Shown here: piece after piece, positions 37,858 to 40,719 of the stretch
Layout: the number at the start of each line of letters is the position of its first letter
How positions within the stretch are numbered: the first letter of the stretch is position 1
Assembly (NCBI GenBank): GCA_003345545.1
Contig: PRDH01000030.1
Span: 1-40,719 of the forward strand
Direction of reading: 5' to 3'
Source of the DNA: Candidatus Thorarchaeota archaeon
GTDB taxonomy: Archaea; Asgardarchaeota; Thorarchaeia; Thorarchaeales; Thorarchaeaceae
Length of the DNA: 40,719 bases
Notes under the pieces: model-generated
The model's input: only the letters and a program-made list of their open reading frames with translations
The model's database searches: none
What the model was told of the DNA's origin: nothing
Translations under genes and position numbers: made by a program

Positions 37858-39132
37858 CTGGCTGGTCACAATATTCAGGCTCTTCTCATTAAGGAGCGCG
37901 GAGGAATGCCTCTGTTCTTCATGAAGTTGGACCCCAAAGCGCAGGACTTGGATCCCATGCTTGTTTCAGGATTCTTCACAGCAATCCAGAGTTTTTCCAA
38001 AGAAGTCATCGAACGCGACAGTTCCATGTTCCAGGTCGATTATGGCGCACGCCTTTTTACGGTGATATCAGGCGAGGTCACGGATTTCGTTATTGTCAGC
38101 CTTGGCGAGTGGGACGATGATGTGACTCCTATCTTGAAGTCCCTTCTTGAGGAGTTTGAGGGCATCTGGATTAAGGACCTCTCCAGAAAAGAAAAAGATG
38201 CCTTGAAAATCGATGTGGAGTTCCCTGATTTTCGGGAAGGAATTGTTCAGAATCTGTCCTTCAGAAAGTTGTCTGGGAGTTGGGTTCCATTCCTCGTCGA
38301 GTCTGATGGAAAAGGCAAAATCAAGTCGGATAGTGTAGTTCTGTCATACATCAATGGTCTCAGCACGGTTGACGATATCTCGATGAACAGCGGACTCGGA
38401 GCCGACGAGGTAGTGGCCGAGATTACGCGGCTCTGGGCTCTTGGGAAGGTGAGATTCGGCAGTATACTCAGTCGAGCTGATATTCTTGCATCGACGTCGA
38501 AGATTGATCGTCTGCTTCAACTCTCATCACCCCAAAGAGCAGAACTGTCGCGAAGGAATCCCGAGGTCATTGCTCTGCTGCCTCGCCTGTCAATGATGTT
38601 TGATGGGCGACGATCCGTGGGGGCAATAATCGATGGTCTTGCCAAAGAATACAAGGAGAACCAAGTAATGGAGGTCATAGATACACTACTCGAAACGGGT
38701 GCGATTGTTGCTCTGTCCCCGGAGAAGAGAAGGCTTCTTCTTGTGCAAGAGGCTCTTGAACTTGCAATTCGTGTTGCCGAGCGAATCTACACCCCCGTAG
38801 CTGCTAGGCAGTTCTTGAACATTGCTATGAACAAGGTTCCAGCTACTGAGGTTGCCGGAGTCTTCAGGATGACAGATACCTCATGGAGCATTGACTATAA
38901 CTCTCGACTGTATGAACACCTCGATCCGCGGAGGCTCATGAACCTCTATGCTGAATGGATGAAGCTTCTGGCGCAATACATAGGCGCCCTAGACAAGAAC
39001 AGGATATTGAAGTTTGCAGAGGCACTGACTGAGATCTATCGAAGCTATCTGTTCGAGCGCTATACTAGTAGTGACTTGCGTGGCTTTGAGGAGTTCACGT
39101 TTTGGCTTGAGATGAATTGCTTAGGAGTCTGA
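37858..39132 (+). CDS. NPRL2/Npr2-like protein (longin domain + winged-helix repeats)
   Basis: Longin helix DPMLVSGFFTAIQSFSKE; VPFL...VLSYINGLSTVDDIS...LWALGKVRFGSIL; second winged helix FDGRRSVGAI. Start extended from ATG 37906 to CTG 37858 (see findings). Confidence 0.7.
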   Translation: MAGHNIQALLIKERGGMPLFFMKLDPKAQDLDPMLVSGFFTAIQSFSKEVIERDSSMFQVDYGARLFTVISGEVTDFVIVSLGEWDDDVTPILKSLLEEFEGIWIKDLSRKEKDALKIDVEFPDFREGIVQNLSFRKLSGSWVPFLVESDGKGKIKSDSVVLSYINGLSTVDDISMNSGLGADEVVAEITRLWALGKVRFGSILSRADILASTSKIDRLLQLSSPQRAELSRRNPEVIALLPRLSMMFDGRRSVGAIIDGLAKEYKENQVMEVIDTLLETGAIVALSPEKRRLLLVQEALELAIRVAERIYTPVAARQFLNIAMNKVPATEVAGVFRMTDTSWSIDYNSRLYEHLDPRRLMNLYAEWMKLLAQYIGALDKNRILKFAEALTEIYRSYLFERYTSSDLRGFEEFTFWLEMNCLGV

Positions 39133-39148
39133 TTCAGAAGGAGGTATT

Positions 39149-39502
39149 GTGATGTCTGATATTGCACGACCAATTCACGAGGTTGCTGACATATTGAGCC
39201 GTCGGGGGCAGACAATCTATGGCAAAGGAAAGATGATCGAGTTATGTTCAGAGGCCGGGGTTTCTCTCATGGATGACATTGCTGCTGAGCTTGGAGAGTC
39301 GGACACGGAGGCCTCTCTCCTACGCTTTGTCGTCAGCTATGCAAAACTGAACCCCGCCGCAAAGCTCACTGTCCTGACGGTCTCGAAGCTTCATGACCTG
39401 TCCATACCGAAGGAGCTCCTCGAGAAGCGCAAAGTCTTCACGGATATTCTTGACTCATTGTCTGACTTTAGACACGATATGACTGAACGTCTTCGTGGCT
39501 GA
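39149..39502 (+). CDS. Small helical hypothetical protein, probably co-transcribed with the NPRL2-like gene
   Basis: Starts 16 nt after the upstream stop, with a strong AGGAGGT Shine-Dalgarno. Confidence 0.75.
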   Translation: MMSDIARPIHEVADILSRRGQTIYGKGKMIELCSEAGVSLMDDIAAELGESDTEASLLRFVVSYAKLNPAAKLTVLTVSKLHDLSIPKELLEKRKVFTDILDSLSDFRHDMTERLRG

Positions 39503-39578
39503 AAAAACCACTGAACATAATTCGTGCTTAGTTGGTGTGAGTTATATTTGGGAGGCATGTCAGGACCCTTGATAGACA

Positions 39579-40719
39579 ATGCGATTTCAATGTGGCTGCT
39601 ACGGCATAGGCATTCAGCAGCGACTTGCTATCATGTCTGTTCTATTTCTGCTCTCGACTTCTCTCCATGCACCATCAGCGTCCTTTGCAGGAGCTTTTCA
39701 GGCGGTGGAAGTCCCATCACGTGACTATTGGCCTACAACTGGTTGGAGGAATTCAACCCCAGAAGAGCAAGAGATGAGTTCGGTTCGATTGCAGGAGATG
39801 GTTGACCATATCGTTGAAGTGGATTTGGATGTACATTCCGTGATTGTGATTCGCCACGGATATGTGGTTCTCGAGGAATATCCCAATCCATCTCAAGGTC
39901 AGAGTCGTACACAATCAGTCAGCGGCACGCACTACCTCTACTCTGCCACGAAAAGCTTCTCATCCTGCCTTATTGGAATGTCAATCTATCAAGGATTCAT
40001 TCACAACACAAGTCAGACAGTCTTGTCCTTCTTTCCTGATATGACCATTGCAAACGTGGATGAACGTAAGGAACGAATGACAGTATGGGACCTCCTAACA
40101 ATGAGAAGTGGTCTTCCTTGGGATGAGCTAAGCGCTCCCTTCTCCTCTCCTGATAACGACGTATGGCAGGTCAATAACAACGCAAGTGGAGGAGTTCAAT
40201 ATGTTCTTGACCAGGCCATGGAATATGATCCTGGAACGGTATTCCACTACAATACTGGTGCATCACACCTTCTCTCCGGGATTCTTCAGGAAACAACTGG
40301 CATGACAACACTTGAGTTTGCGACCGAATCCATATTCACGCCACTCAACATTTCGCCCGTCTATTGGCCGTCTGACAGAAAGGGTGTGAACTTTGGCGGC
40401 TATGACCTTCAAATGAGACCTTTGGACATGGCGAAGTTTGGTTACCTCTACCTCAATAATGGTACTTGGGAGAACACGCAACTCCTACCTGAGGAATGGG
40501 TCAGAAACACAACTACCACGGTCACAGTATTGTCCTCTACACATGGATATGCTGCGCAATGGCATACTATGCCCGATCTTGATGTCTATTACGCTGCAGG
40601 GTTGTATGGTCAATACATCTTTGTTTCGCCTGAGTACGATGTCGTGGCTGTTTTCACATCAGGCTATGGGCTCAACGATTTAGACGAAAATCCACAGATG
40701 TTTCGCGACTACATCATTG
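39579..40719 (+). CDS. Secreted serine hydrolase, beta-lactamase class C/AmpC-like family, runs off the right window edge
   Basis: Translated by hand: signal-like N-terminus, DYWPTTGW...TPEEQ, YSATKS (SxxK), LLTMRSGL, FHYNT, AAGLYGQ. Absent from the ORF track because it is truncated. Confidence 0.85.
   Translation, partial: MRFQCGCYGIGIQQRLAIMSVLFLLSTSLHAPSASFAGAFQAVEVPSRDYWPTTGWRNSTPEEQEMSSVRLQEMVDHIVEVDLDVHSVIVIRHGYVVLEEYPNPSQGQSRTQSVSGTHYLYSATKSFSSCLIGMSIYQGFIHNTSQTVLSFFPDMTIANVDERKERMTVWDLLTMRSGLPWDELSAPFSSPDNDVWQVNNNASGGVQYVLDQAMEYDPGTVFHYNTGASHLLSGILQETTGMTTLEFATESIFTPLNISPVYWPSDRKGVNFGGYDLQMRPLDMAKFGYLYLNNGTWENTQLLPEEWVRNTTTTVTVLSSTHGYAAQWHTMPDLDVYYAAGLYGQYIFVSPEYDVVAVFTSGYGLNDLDENPQMFRDYII

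Noticed and set aside
1-40719. Mobile elements, rRNA, tRNA, CRISPR-Cas or defence islands
   Set aside because: No transposase, integrase or cas motifs, terminal repeats or tRNA cloverleafs were recognised by eye; a tRNAscan/Infernal run would be needed to exclude them fully.

Overview
Gene-dense archaeal chromosomal segment, very likely from an Asgard archaeon (Thorarchaeia-like). This is inferred from gene content: a Rab-like GTPase, longin and roadblock-like domains, a single-domain gelsolin, and archaeal POR/IOR/GGR enzymes. Metabolic genes point to peptide and 2-oxoacid fermentation: porG-porD-porA, iorA-iorB, an E1a/E1b/E2 2-oxoacid/acetoin dehydrogenase cluster with LplA, AhpD-like and Zn-ADH neighbours, and CobO plus a B12 acyl-CoA mutase whose active-site residues are isobutyryl-CoA-mutase type. 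Main observations: (1) a 771-aa fusion of a 7-bladed BBS2/ITFG2-like FG-GAP propeller, an Ig/GAE-like domain and a Rab-like GTPase; (2) an NPRL2 (GATOR1)-like longin plus winged-helix protein that probably starts at a CTG codon; (3) a ~180-nt unannotated structured RNA candidate with a perfect 7-bp kissing loop, upstream of a decayed FixX-like ferredoxin; (4) three tandem diverged TrmB-like paralogues; (5) a degenerate Hef/FANCM-like helicase, a bactofilin-like gene with an upstream palindromic operator, and an Rpp20/Pop7-like Alba protein. No rRNA, tRNA, CRISPR array or transposase was recognised. All family calls are by eye, without database searches.
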